Shown here in pieces: positions 11,357 to 22,714 of a DNA stretch of 64,000 bases; position 1 is the stretch's first letter, and each line of letters starts with the position of its first letter. The notes under the pieces were generated by a model. It did no database searches, was not told where the DNA came from, and saw only the letters and a program-made list of their open reading frames with translations. A program made the position numbers and the translations under genes. Origin of the DNA: Felis catus (taxonomy: Eukaryota); NCBI RefSeq assembly GCF_018350175.1, contig NC_058368.1, forward strand, positions 43,898,001 to 43,962,000, in the 5' to 3' direction.

Positions 11357-12664
11357 AATATTTTTTGCCTGTCACTATATGAAACAATAAAACTATGTAT
11401 TTCTACTCAGTTTTTATTTTAAAAAAATGAATAATTTAATATGTAGGTAGTGTTAGGAACTTTAAATATGCTAGTATCAAATAATTACCAAAGTCAGATA
11501 TCTTTTAGCAATGTCTTTGAAACCCATACATTTTTCAAAAATATATAGGAATGTCTCCAATTGCATTTAATAGCATCTTTACAAAATGTCCTTTCTGAAA
11601 TAGCATGTTTACAAAATGTCCTAATAATCAACTGTTCATATTAGAGTTCTATTAATGCAGCTTTTATTGTTTAATATTTTATTACATGTATGAAATATTT
11701 TGCTTACATTTTTGGAACTTCATTTATCTTTGTTTTATTTCTGTCTTTGTGTCTGTTTTATTTCTAGTCCTTTGTTTTAAAACCAATATGACTAGCATAA
11801 ATACCTGAATGCTTTATAACGTATTTGACTGCTGTTCAGATTAGTATTTTAAATAAATGATATTTACTTGTCATTTACTATGATAATAGATGACATATCC
11901 AGGGGAAAAAATAAAACTAAGAACTAGACTTACCACACATTTAGTTGAAGTGTTGAGATCCTTACGCTTTCCTCCATTACTTCAGTATATAAACTACAGC
12001 AACTCCTCACATAGTGTAATGTGGCAGTAGAATTATAGAACTTTTCAAGTCGTAGACTCAATTTGAAATATCAGAACCAGTGTCCCTGTGGGCCTAATTT
12101 TCTTTTCTACATCCCCTTTTCCTGCCTGCACGCCTCCCCTAGACTATGACATTTACAAGACACTTGTGAAAAGTAGCCCAAGAATACCACAAACATAACA
12201 TACATAAGGAGCCGCATATAAATAGTCTGTGTTTGTTTGTGTCATGAAGTTCCACAAGTGTGGTCACATCAATGTGAATCTACCTAAGCCACTAGTTTAT
12301 CTTCCTGCATTGCAAAAGGACTAGCATTTTAAAGGCTATTGTTTTCTTTAATTTTCAGATGAGCACTAATTGTTGGAGATAAAGTCAAAAGATCGGCACT
12401 TGAAAATTATGAGTGAGTAAAGTTCACATTCTTCTGTATTTCCACTTTGATCTCTTTTCACATGTTCATTTTGTGAGCAAATTGGTGAAACTATTAATAT
12501 GAATGCTATTGCAGAGCTTATAATTTGGCATGACTATTGATTACATTCATGAATGCTGGCTACAGGACTAACATATATGCTGTTGTTCACCATGGGGAAC
12601 TTTAATAGGGAGCAAAGCAGTGGCTGTGACTCTGAAAAGAACAATATTCTCCTTCTCTAATGAA

Positions 12665-13030
12665 TTAGTGAGCTATATCTGTCATAACAAAGTGCCAAAT
12701 ACTGGGTGACTTAAAAACAGAAATTTATTTTCTCACAACTCTAGAGGCTAGAAGTCCAAGTACAAGGGTTTGGCAAATTTGGTTTCTTCTGTGGCCTCTC
12801 TGGTTGGCTCATTTTCTCCCTGTTTTCACATGATCTTCCCTCTGTATGTGCCTATGATGTTTATAGGACACAGTCATATTGGATTAGGATTTACCCTAAT
12901 GACCTCATTTTAAACAAATTACCTGTTTAAAGATCCCGTCTCCAAATATTGTCACATTCTGAGATAATGGGGCTTAAAATGTCAATTTATGAATTTTGGT
13001 GATAGGGAGGCACAATTTAGCCCATAAGAC
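12665..13030 (-). mobile_element. MLT1 (MaLR) solo LTR
   Basis: cataacaaagtgcc...cagaaatttattttctcacaactctagaggctagaagtccaag...cacaatttagcccataa. Confidence 0.85.
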
Positions 13031-13614
13031 CCAACAGTGGCTTATCATCCTGTATATGTGGCCGTTATTAAAGTATCCACTGAACTAAGATGTTTCCGCT
13101 TGGAGTAAAAAAATAAATGAATAAAAGATTGCTTCACAGTGAGCAATTTGTGAGAATAGGGAAAATGAGAATGAGTTCAGAAAGTCAGGAAGGGAGACTT
13201 TTTGTTGAATTCCAGGAAAGAAGGCAGACAGTAAAAGTCCATTGGTACTCCTTCTATTTACAAAGAATATATAAAAATTTGCACTACTGCTAAAAGATTC
13301 AGAGAAAATATAGATTAGATTGTCTAGGAAATTAGATCTGATGTTCAGTTATTATGATGGAGTAAATATAATAATTTATCAGGCTAAAAATCATATCTCA
13401 TAAGTTATAGTTCAAGCTCTTTGAAAGGTTGAACAAGGATATCTCTCAGGGTAGGTGTGGAATTCAGGATTCAGAGGCTCTTTACAGAGGTCAAAAATAC
13501 CACAGGGAACAGTGGCCCTCACAGTCATGTCAAATGAAAAACACAAGGCTAACCAGTTTATATAATTGTTAAGTTTCTAAACTTTCTCCTGTTAAATCAA
13601 GAATAAGCCATCCT

Positions 13615-13830
13615 GGGGCGCCTAGCTAACTCAGCAGGTTAGCGCCCGATTCTTGATTTCGGTTCAGGTCATGATTCTCGCAGTTTGTGGGATAGAGCCC
13701 CGTGTCCAGCTCCGTGCTGACAGCACAGAGCCTGCTTGGGATCCTCTCTCTCATGCTCTGTCCCCCCCCCCCCCCCGCTTGTGCTCTCTCTCTCTCTCTC
13801 TCAGAATAAATAAATAAACTTGGAAAAAAA
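13615..13830 (+). mobile_element. CanSINE
   Basis: Head ggggcgcctagct; TSD aagaataagc at 13599-13608 and 13831-13840. Confidence 0.95.
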
Positions 13831-14209
13831 AAGAATAAGCTATTATGGCATACTTTTCTTTAAATCTCCTGTTGGAGAAGTAAAAGAAATATGAACATCT
13901 ATAAGGAAATCTAAATATAGATAAAGCAATTTTTTTGAACAGCAATACACACAGGATAATTCACAGAAACAATGAATACTTTTTGATCCACTTATCTATA
14001 ATCATTTGGAAATAACCAAAGGATAAAAGTAATTTGGTAGAATGTGAATGTTTGTAATAAGAATGGTAATAACTATTAATGTCAGTGTAATCATAATTAT
14101 ATATATATATGTACATATATACACATACACATATTATATTTCAGTGAGTGTCTACCTATGTTATACTGTTACACACTATCAATATTCTCTTCTAGTGTTT
14201 TGCTAGGTG

Positions 14210-14385
14210 GTAGGAAAAAAGTAGGACTTCAGAATTAGATTGTCCTGGTTGAGCCTCCAGACTTTACACTATCCCTTAGGAACTGTGAGACTTTGGACAT
14301 GTTTCTCAACCTCTCTCTGTGTTATGTGTAAATGGAAAATATAAAAATGTATACTACCTATTTCTCAATGTTTTAGGAAGAAGGG
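14210..14385 (+). mobile_element. MIR fragment
   Basis: ggacttcagaattagattgtcctggttgagcctccag...ctgtgagactttggacatgtttctcaacctctct. Confidence 0.55.
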
Positions 14386-14399
14386 CTCAGTGTTCTCAA

Positions 14400-14712
14400 C
14401 ACATACTGCCCAGCAATGCAGGCTCCTTTATTTCTAAGTTTAGCAATTTCCTCTAGAAATGTTTTTCTGGCCAGAAATTCCCACTTCCTGCCCCATCTGT
14501 GCTGATAACCGTTGCATTTATTTTATAAGGCACTTAACAGATTGAATTGAATTCGGTATTAACATGTTCATTGTTCCTGTTCCCACAAACTGAAAGGTTG
14601 AGGACGGTGGTAAGCATTGTGCCTGTATGGATTGGCTTTGTATATCCAGTGATTTGCACTCTGCCTACCACATGGCAGGTGTTCCATAAACATATGTTGA
14701 ATAAAGTCATGA
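14400..14712 (+). mobile_element. L2 3' end
   Basis: Ends ctgcctaccacatggcaggtgttccataaacatatgttgaataaa, the L2 terminus motif. Confidence 0.65.
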
Positions 14713-16344
14713 GTGTTTAAGGTGTCTTATCATGTAATAACCTGGTAGCCTAAAGGAAACAATGTATTTTGCAGTGTCTTATGGTATACGTGCATAATGT
14801 ATCTAAGGAGCAGGTTTCATTACTGTCTTTCCCTCAAGCTGGAGATATTCTTAATAAGCTATTTTATTACTCCACTGAATAGAAAACTTCATGATCAAAG
14901 AGAGCAAATATCATTACAGAATCTGGTTCACTGACTATGACTCAAAGATAATTAAATATTTGAAAGATCTTACTGATTTAATATACTGCACAGAAATACA
15001 ACAGTAATTGTTTCCTAGAATTGTAACTGTCATTTATATTTCTACATCAATGGTCTGGTTTATTTTTCAAAAACTAGAGGAAACAAAAACCTAATGAATG
15101 GGGATTATTTAAAATAGAATTATCAAATGTTGCTAATCTTAGTAATTATTTCAAATAACAACAAAATGACATTTTTTCATTTAACTAGAGTTTAAGGAAC
15201 CAAGAACCATGAATCAAGAGCTTGGGGTCTGGTCCCTTGTGTGTCTGGCTGATAGATGTTTGCCATGAAACAACCACTCTGGCCAACTGTTCTAAGCTAT
15301 GAGTCATAGCATTAGATCAGTGGTTATTCAGGATTTTAACAGTGGAAAACATTAAGATAATTTTAGAGAAATTTGATTTATAAAAAAAATACAAGCTGGA
15401 TTGTTCATGTTAAATGGTGGTAGGGCCTAGAGTTTATCAAGTACCCATGTCTTCCAAAATGACACCAATGGCACCCCCAGGAAGCTTAAAATGTCTTCAA
15501 GGCGTGCAGTTTGCAAACTAGTGTGATAGTTTATATTTGATATGCTTTTTATCATAGAATTGTATTATTTTACCTGCTCTTTATATTTTAGATATGTTTA
15601 ATACCTTATAATAATTTAGACTAGATTATGCCAAAAAAGCCCTAAATGTTTACATTTTCTAAAAAAGACACTATGTTGTAAAACTTGCATCATTATGAAA
15701 ATATCTCATGGATAACTTTGTGCTTAACATATCAATGCTTATACATTTATATAGTTTTTTGAGTAAATAATATGAGCCTCAATATAATTTAAATAGAATA
15801 TTTTATAATTTAACATAAAATTTGATAGACATTTTGATCCTTATATAACAGGATGTTTTAAAATATATACATTTTTTTTTCTTTTTAAGTGGTTAATATA
15901 GTGCATTACATTGATTTTCCAATATTAAGGCAACCTTTCATTACTGGGATAAAATCTAATTGTCATGAAAAATCACCCTGTTTTATTTATTGCTGGATTC
16001 TATTTGCTGTTTTTGCTTGTTTGGTTTTTTTTTTTTTTTTTTTTTTTTTGGTAAATGTTACATCAACATCAAGAGATTCTCTGGTTTTCTATTTTTATAA
16101 ATAGTTTCTTTGCTTTTGTTATAAGTGTAATCTGAATTCATAGAAAAATCTGCAAAATAGTCACTTTTTCCCCAATACTTTGATGGAGTTTTGGCAGAAT
16201 TGTCTGTTTGAAAGAAAAATTGTATTTTTAATAATTAGAAAGCTGCTTCATTTATCTGTTTAATATTGACCATGGTTTTGTAGTTTGTATCTTTTTTCTT
16301 TTATTTAAATTATAAAAAGTATTACCATAAATGTGATGTGTCTT

Positions 16345-16562
16345 GGGGCACCTGGGTGGCTCAGTTGGTTAAGCGTCTGATTTCGGCTCAGGTCATGATC
16401 TCACAGTTCGTGGGTTTGAGCCCCACATCGGGTTCTGTGCTCACAGCTCAGAGCCTAGAGCCTGCTTCGGATTCTGTGTCTCCCTCTCTTTCTGTTCCTC
16501 CCCCACTCATGCTCTGTCTCTCTGTCTCCTTCCACAATATATAACATTTAAAAATTTTTTTT
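16345..16562 (+). mobile_element. CanSINE
   Basis: TSD aaatgtgatgtgtctt (16329-16344) / aaatatgatgtgtctt (16563-16578). Confidence 0.96.
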
Positions 16563-17162
16563 AAATATGATGTGTCTTCTCAAGGAACATTTTTTGGTTA
16601 CATCAATTTTTCTCTATTGTTTTGCATTTTCTATTTCACTGATTTCTGTTAAGATCTATATTGTCTTTCTACTATTTCTACTTTCTATTTTCTACTTTTC
16701 TACTATTAGAATTCCTCATTAAAATGAGAATACTTTAATCTCCCTTCTGTTCATTAGCCTTCTTTATTTATTTATTTTTAATTTTGTTGTTGTTTTTGTT
16801 GTTGTTTATTTGGAAGTTGATGTTCTTGACTTGTGACCTTCAATTCTCATATAGGAATCTAGAGATGTAAATTTTCCTTTAAATATTGCTTTAGCTATAT
16901 TCCCATGTAGCTTTTAATGTTGTGTTTTCATTTTTATTCAGTTAAAATACTTTAATTTTTTTATTTCTTTTTTGATTAATGGGTTATTTGTGTGTATTAT
17001 TTATTTTCCATATACTTAGGAATTTTCCAGGGTTTTTTTCGTTATTCTCATCTCTTTTAATTCTGTTGTGAGTATTTTGAAATCTGTTAAGACATATTGT
17101 ATAGCCCACATATGGTCTGTGATAGTAAATATTACACATGAGCTTGAAAGTATTCTGCTATT

Positions 17163-17984
17163 GCTGTAACTTGAGTATTAAAGTCACCTGCAATTACCGA
17201 TTGCTTATGTTTATTAATTGATTTATATATTTGGGTGTTTCCAAATTGGGTGCAGGAACATTTATAATTGTTAGCTCTTCTTGATGGATAGACCCATAGT
17301 TATGATAAAAAGCCCTTCATCATCTCTTGTTACAGTATTTAGTTTAAATCTAGTTTGTCTAAATATGGCTCCAGCTTTGTTTTGACTTCCAGTAGCATGA
17401 CAGATTGTTCTCCATCCCCTCACTTTCAATCTGAAGGTGTCCTCAGGTCTAAAATGAGTCTCTTGTAGATAGCAAATAGATGGGTCTTGTTTTTTTATCC
17501 ATTCTGATACCCTTTGTCTTTTGATTGGAGCCTTTAGTCCATTTACATTCGGCATTATTTTTGAAAGATGTGGATTTAGTGTCATTGTGTTATCTGTAGG
17601 TTTCATGCTTATGGTGATGTCTCTGGTCCTTTGTAGTCTTTACAATATTCCAGTCACAGAGTCCCTCTTAGGATCTCTTGTAGAGCTGATTTAGTGGTAA
17701 TGAACTCCTTCAGTTTTTGTTTGTCTGGGAAAACCTTTATCTCTCCTCTATTCTAAATGACATCCTTGCTGGATAAAGGATTCTTGGCTGCATATTTTTC
17801 CTATCTAGCACATTGAATATTTTCTGCCAGTCCTTTTTGGCCTGCCAAGTTTCAGTGGATACGTCTGCTACTACCCTTGTGTGTCTACCTTTGTAGGTTA
17901 AGGTCCATTTGTCCCTAACTGCTCTGTTTATCTTTGTATTTTGACAATTTCACTATCACATGTCATGGAGAAGATTGATTCCTG
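17163..17984 (-). mobile_element. Inverted 5' segment of a felid L1 (ORF1 C-terminus plus ORF2 endonuclease N-terminus)
   Basis: Minus ORF 17271-17606 reads NVNGLKAPIKRQRVSEWIKKQDPSICYLQETHF (APE endonuclease); ORF1 C-terminal motifs lie upstream on the minus strand. Confidence 0.93.
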
Positions 17985-18979
17985 TATCCAAAGTCTGTAA
18001 AGAACTTACCAAACTCATCACCCCAAAAACAAATAATCCAGTGAAGAAATGGGCAGAAGACATGAATAGACACTTTTCCAAAGAAGACATCCAGATTGCC
18101 AACAGACACATGAAAAGATACTCAGCATCACTCATCATTAGGGAAATACAAATCAAAACCACACTGAGATACCACCTCACACTAGTCAGAGTGGCTAAAA
18201 TTAACAACTCAAGAAACAACAGATGCTGGTGAGGATGTGGAGAAACGGAAACCCTCTTGCACTGTTGGTGGGAATGCAAACTGGTGCAGCCACTCTGGGA
18301 AACAGTATGAAGGTTCCTCAAAAAATTAAAAATAGAACTACCCTATGACCCAGCAATAACAGTACTAGGAATTTATCCAAAGGATACAGGAGTGCTGATT
18401 CATAAGGCCACATGTACTCCAATGTTTATAGCAGTGTTTTCAACAATAGCCAAATTATGGAAAGAGCCTAAATGCCCATCAACTGATAAGTGGATAAAAA
18501 AGATGTGGGTTACATATACAATAGAATACTACTTGGCAATGAGAATGAAGTCCTGCCATTTGCAGCAATGTGGATGGAACTGGAGGGTATTATGCTAAGT
18601 GAAATAAGTCAGAGAAAGACAGATATCATGTTTTCACTCATATGTGGAAGTTGAGAAACTTAACTGAAGACCAGGGGTGAAGAGAAAGGGAAAAAAAAAC
18701 AGTTATAAACAGAGAGGGAGGGAGGCAAACCATGAGACTCTTAAATATAACAAACTGAGAGTTGATAGGGGAACAGAGGAGAGGGGAAAATGGGTGATGG
18801 GCATTGAGGAGGGCACTTGTTGGGATGAGCCCTGAGTGTTGTACGTAAGAGATGAATCATGAAAATCTACCCCCAAAGCCAAGAGCACACTGTATATGCT
18901 GTATGTTAGCCAACTTGACAATAAGTTATATTTTAAAAAATAAAAAATAAATATCTAAATATACAATGAGTGAAAAAAC
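17985..18979 (+). mobile_element. Sense 3' segment of the same L1 (ORF2 C-terminus, 3' UTR, A-rich tail)
   Basis: [23 protein letters not shown]...[15 protein letters not shown]...KLWKEPKCPS; felid-type 3' UTR. TSD aaagtattctgctatt (17147-17162) / aaagcattctgctatt (18980-18995) flanks the whole insertion. Confidence 0.95.
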
Positions 18980-19609
18980 AAAGCATTCTGCTATTATTGT
19001 ATGAACATGGAATCTTATATAAATATCAATGAGGTCAATTTGTTTGATAGTATTCTTCAAATCTTTTATATCTTTACTAATTTTCTGATGACTTATCCTA
19101 ACAATTAGAGTGAAACAGTGGTGCTGAAACCCAGAAAAGTATTCATGGATGTCTTACATCCTTTCAATACTATCTTTTTTTTCTTACAAATAATCCTTGT
19201 TTTACACACTCTCTAAAGGCACAAACTTAGGCTAAAAGTTTAATACATACATGTGACCCTCGCTACTTAACAGTTTTATCGCAAAATTCTGTCATCTGGA
19301 AATTACCATTTTTCCTAGTGACCACAACTTAATTTTCTATATTTCTCAAATCTCCTTTTTTCTTTTATCTTGTTTTTAAGAAAACAAATTTGGAAGATTT
19401 CTTTATATTTTATGAGGCAAGAAAAGCTTCAAGAATTGTGTTATATCCAAAATCCAGATTTCTTCTTCTGGTCAAGGTGATCCTTAAGAGTGTTTGTCTT
19501 TCATAATGATAGAAAAGAACACACTGATTGATTTAACCTCATTCAGTCATTCTTTCTGGTGGTTTAATTTTAATTATCTTCCAGGAATAACAAGAAAATT
19601 ATGTTTTCA

Positions 19610-19810
19610 GGGGTGCCTGGATGGCTGTCAGTTGAAGGCCAACTCTTGATTTCTGCTCAGGTCATGATCTCACGATTGTGAGGTCAAGCCCACTTTGGGC
19701 TCCACACTGGACCTGGAGCCTGCTTAAGATTCTCTCTCTTTCCCTCTGCTCCTCCCCGACCTGTGTGTGTGTTATCACACACACACTCTCTCAAAAAATA
19801 CAAATAAGAA
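19610..19810 (+). mobile_element. CanSINE (older)
   Basis: TSD aagaaaattatgtttt (19591-19606) / aagaaacttatgtttt (19811-19826). Confidence 0.93.
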
Positions 19811-19920
19811 AAGAAACTTATGTTTTTATATAAAAGCATTTTTCTATAATACAAAAGTAGTGCTGTATTTTTAATTTATATTATTTTATTCTACAATGGT
19901 TATTTTAAGAATTGCTTCTT

Positions 19921-20134
19921 GGGGCGCCTGGGTGGCTCAGTCGGTTAAGCGTCCTACTTCAGCTCAGGTCATGATCTCACGGTCTGTGAGTTCAAGCCCC
20001 GCGTCGGGCTCTGTGCTGACAGCTCCGAGCCTGGAGCCTGCTTCAGATTCTGTGACTCCCTCTCTCTGACCCTCCCCCATTCATGCTCTGTCTCTCTCTG
20101 TCTCAAAAATAAATAAACATTAAAAAAAAATTAA
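19921..20134 (+). mobile_element. CanSINE, first of a tandem pair
   Basis: Full head and tail; TSD aagaattgcttct (19907-19919 / 20360-20372) flanks both SINEs together. Confidence 0.97.
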
Positions 20135-20359
20135 GGGGCGCCTGGGTGGCGCAGTCGGTTAAGCGTCCGACTTCAGCCAGGTCACGATCTCGCGGTCCGT
20201 GAGTTCGAGCCCCGCGTCAGGCTCTGGGCTGATGGCTCAGAGCCTGGAGCCTGTTTCCTATTCTGTGTCTCCCTCTCTCTCTGCCCCTCCCCCGTTCATG
20301 CTCTGTCTCTCTCTGTCCCAAAAATAAATAAAAAACGTTGAAAAAAAAATTAAAAAAAA
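20135..20359 (+). mobile_element. Young felid CanSINE (SINEC_Fc type) in the tail of the previous SINE
   Basis: Near-consensus ggggcgcctgggtggcgcagtcggttaagcgtccgacttcagccagg. Confidence 0.97.
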
Positions 20360-21078
20360 AAGAATTGCTTCTAACATAGTTTGATTCAATTTCAGTTAGG
20401 AAGGAAGTCATATTTAGAAACCCCAAGCATGTTATGTGAGAAAACTCCACATAGTGCAGAGGACTTTGATCAGTTAAATCATTTTAATTGGCACATTGTA
20501 GTAGTAGGAGCTATACAAAAGCACCTGTTCTCTCAGTTTTAAATATCCACAAAGTGAAATTGATTCAAAAATCAATTATAAATGTACTTTCTATTCAATA
20601 CCATCTTTCTTTATTAAAATTAAAATAGCTTTTCTTTTTTTCTTCAGATTTATCATTTTCTCTAATTATGCTGGACAAAGAATCTCTGTGCTGGGCTAGA
20701 ATACAACTTAAATTGCATATTTGAAAAATACCTTTGTTAGAGAACAGATATATTGTGTCCATTTTCTGTGGAAACAGAATTATGTTTTTTGACACCACAT
20801 AACTTTGAAATTTTAATTAATTTAAATGTAAGTTCATCATAACTAGAAAATGGGGGAAAGTTTTATTTCACAGTTCTTTTTTTCCCTGTGATCTAAAGAA
20901 CCAACAATAGAAAGTTGTTTTAATTCATTATACTTAGTATTTTATAGAGTCCTACTAGAGGACTTTATATTAGCTCAGAGTGCCAAGCTTTGTATCTTCT
21001 TGAGGTACATATGATATTAATGTTGGAGTCAGGGATATTTTTTATTATCATTGATTTTGAGATAGAATGAACCTGGTT

Positions 21079-21229
21079 CATTTCAGTGTTTCTAAACATT
21101 TCAGTGTTTCTAAGTCGGGTGTTCTTGAACATTACTGTACAGGTGGTTCAACAATTGTGTTTGGCACAGATACAGATTATCTGAAATATTACAGATTATC
21201 TAACATATTACAGATTTCTAAAATATTAC
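21079..21229. repeat. Two short tandem repeats (18-bp x2; ~19-bp x3)
   Basis: catttcagtgtttctaa at 21079 and 21097; tacagatt(a)tct..atat at 21171, 21190 and 21209. Confidence 0.85.
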
Positions 21230-21707
21230 CATCAAAAACTCATATTCAGTAAGATTGGGTGGATCTATGGAATATATATAATATATTTTAAATAAAATTG
21301 CAGAAGAGTTTTAAAAAGGTGATCTTTAGATAATTTGTTACCATTTCTAGTTAATCCTTATCCCTTTATAATCATAATGTGCAAGCTTCTGCCTTGCAGC
21401 AAAATATTCTACATTAGATATTGTGTTAAATTTTCTTGACATGGTATAGAACATGCAGTGTAGATGTTTTTCCCTAGTGGAATGTTGGACAGAAAGAAAT
21501 TTCTGGACAGTAAAACAAGTAATAACCAACATCATTACAAAAGGAGGGATCTGAGGAGCTCCCCTGATAACCTGATCGCAATTATATATTTAATGTCACA
21601 ATCTACTATTCAGCTTTTTCTGGGAAACTGAAAATACCTCAGAATTAATTTTGTGACCATATTTGCTCAATAAGTAAATCATAATATATTTAAATATAAG
21701 TTCATTG

Positions 21708-21932
21708 GGGAGCCTGGGTGGCGCAGTCGGTTAAGCGTCCGACTTCAGCCAGGTCACGATCTCGCGGGCCGGGAGTTCGAGCCCCGCGTCAGGCTCTGGG
21801 CTGATGGCTCAGAACCTGGAGCCTGTTTCCGATTCTGTGTCTCCCTCTCTCTGCCCCTCCCCCGTTCATGCTCTGTCTCTCTCTGTCCCAAAAATAAATA
21901 AACGTTGAAAAAAAATTAAAAAAAAAATAAAA
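21708..21932 (+). mobile_element. Young felid CanSINE (SINEC_Fc type)
   Basis: Perfect 17-bp TSD taaatataagttcattg at 21691-21707 and 21933-21949. Confidence 0.97.
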
Positions 21933-22565
21933 TAAATATAAGTTCATTGAATCATCTTAAATATGAGGTGATTTTTTTCTCTAAAATCCAAACTTGCCCT
22001 AACAAATGAGTTTTAAAGTCACAAGATAAAATATCATGGCATGGCTATTCCATGCCCCATACTTGAACCTTTAAGGAGAAAATTTTCTGACATAGTTTTG
22101 CTTGTTTCAGGATCTCTCAGAATCAGGTATATGTTTTTGTCATGTGAAATTTAAGATTCTTTCTTCCCTGTTTCTTGGATATCGCTGTTCAAATTGGACA
22201 GAATGAACTTACCTGACATGAAGTACAGCTAGGCCTACCAAATCTTTGTGAAACAGGTATTACCCTTTTGAGAAGAAGTAATAATAAATCTCTCTGAGTA
22301 AAAAAGGGCTTCATCAATTGTTAAATATAGAAGATGGCTATCCTCTTCAGCAAGTGTAGGTATGTTCCAACCATTTTCAAAGGACATCTTAGTATAAAAA
22401 CTACCATACATTAGAAGCTCAATAAATCAGGTCTGTTACAAGGATCAAGGACAATGCTGAGAAAATAAAGAAATGGGATGGGAAGCATAGCCAGTGAAAA
22501 CACCCTACTACTACTGGACAAATTATTTTTATCTCCAAGTTTCTATAAATTAAAAAATTGTATAA

Positions 22566-22704
22566 CTTTTTAAAAAAAATAATGTTTATTCATTTTTGAG
22601 AAAGAGAGACACAGCACAAGAAGGGGAGGGGCAGAGAGAGAGAGAGAGAGAGAGACAGAATAAGAAGCAGGCTCTAGGCTGTGAGCTATCAACACAGCTT
22701 GATG
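22566..22704 (-). mobile_element. Partial CanSINE (3' half only)
   Basis: Tail and GA tract present; stops mid-body and abuts L1 sequence; no TSD seen. Confidence 0.85.
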
Positions 22705-22714
22705 CTTGTCCTAT

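Larger units (their letters stand above)
15880..19175 (-). mobile_element. Old L1M (ORF2 region), interrupted by a SINE and by an inverted younger L1
   Basis: Antisense ORF2 motifs at 15880-17162 (ttcccatgtagcttttaatgttgtgttttcatttttattcag; cccacatatggtctgt) resume collinearly at ~18996-19175 (aaatatcaatgaggtcaatttgtttgatagtattcttcaaatc). Confidence 0.85.

Noticed and set aside
11569..11622. 30-bp-period duplication (also a 16-bp one at ~3176-3203)
   Set aside because: Ordinary short slippage duplications with no further structure.
15310..15525. Possible hAT/MER element (cagtggttatt...gcaaactagtg); a MER5-like stretch at ~57980-58170 is similar
   Set aside because: Terminal inverted repeats are too degenerate to call without a search.
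17271..18598. Endonuclease and ORF2 peptides as functional CDS
   Set aside because: Fragmented by stops and frameshifts, and the RT domain is deleted; a dead L1.
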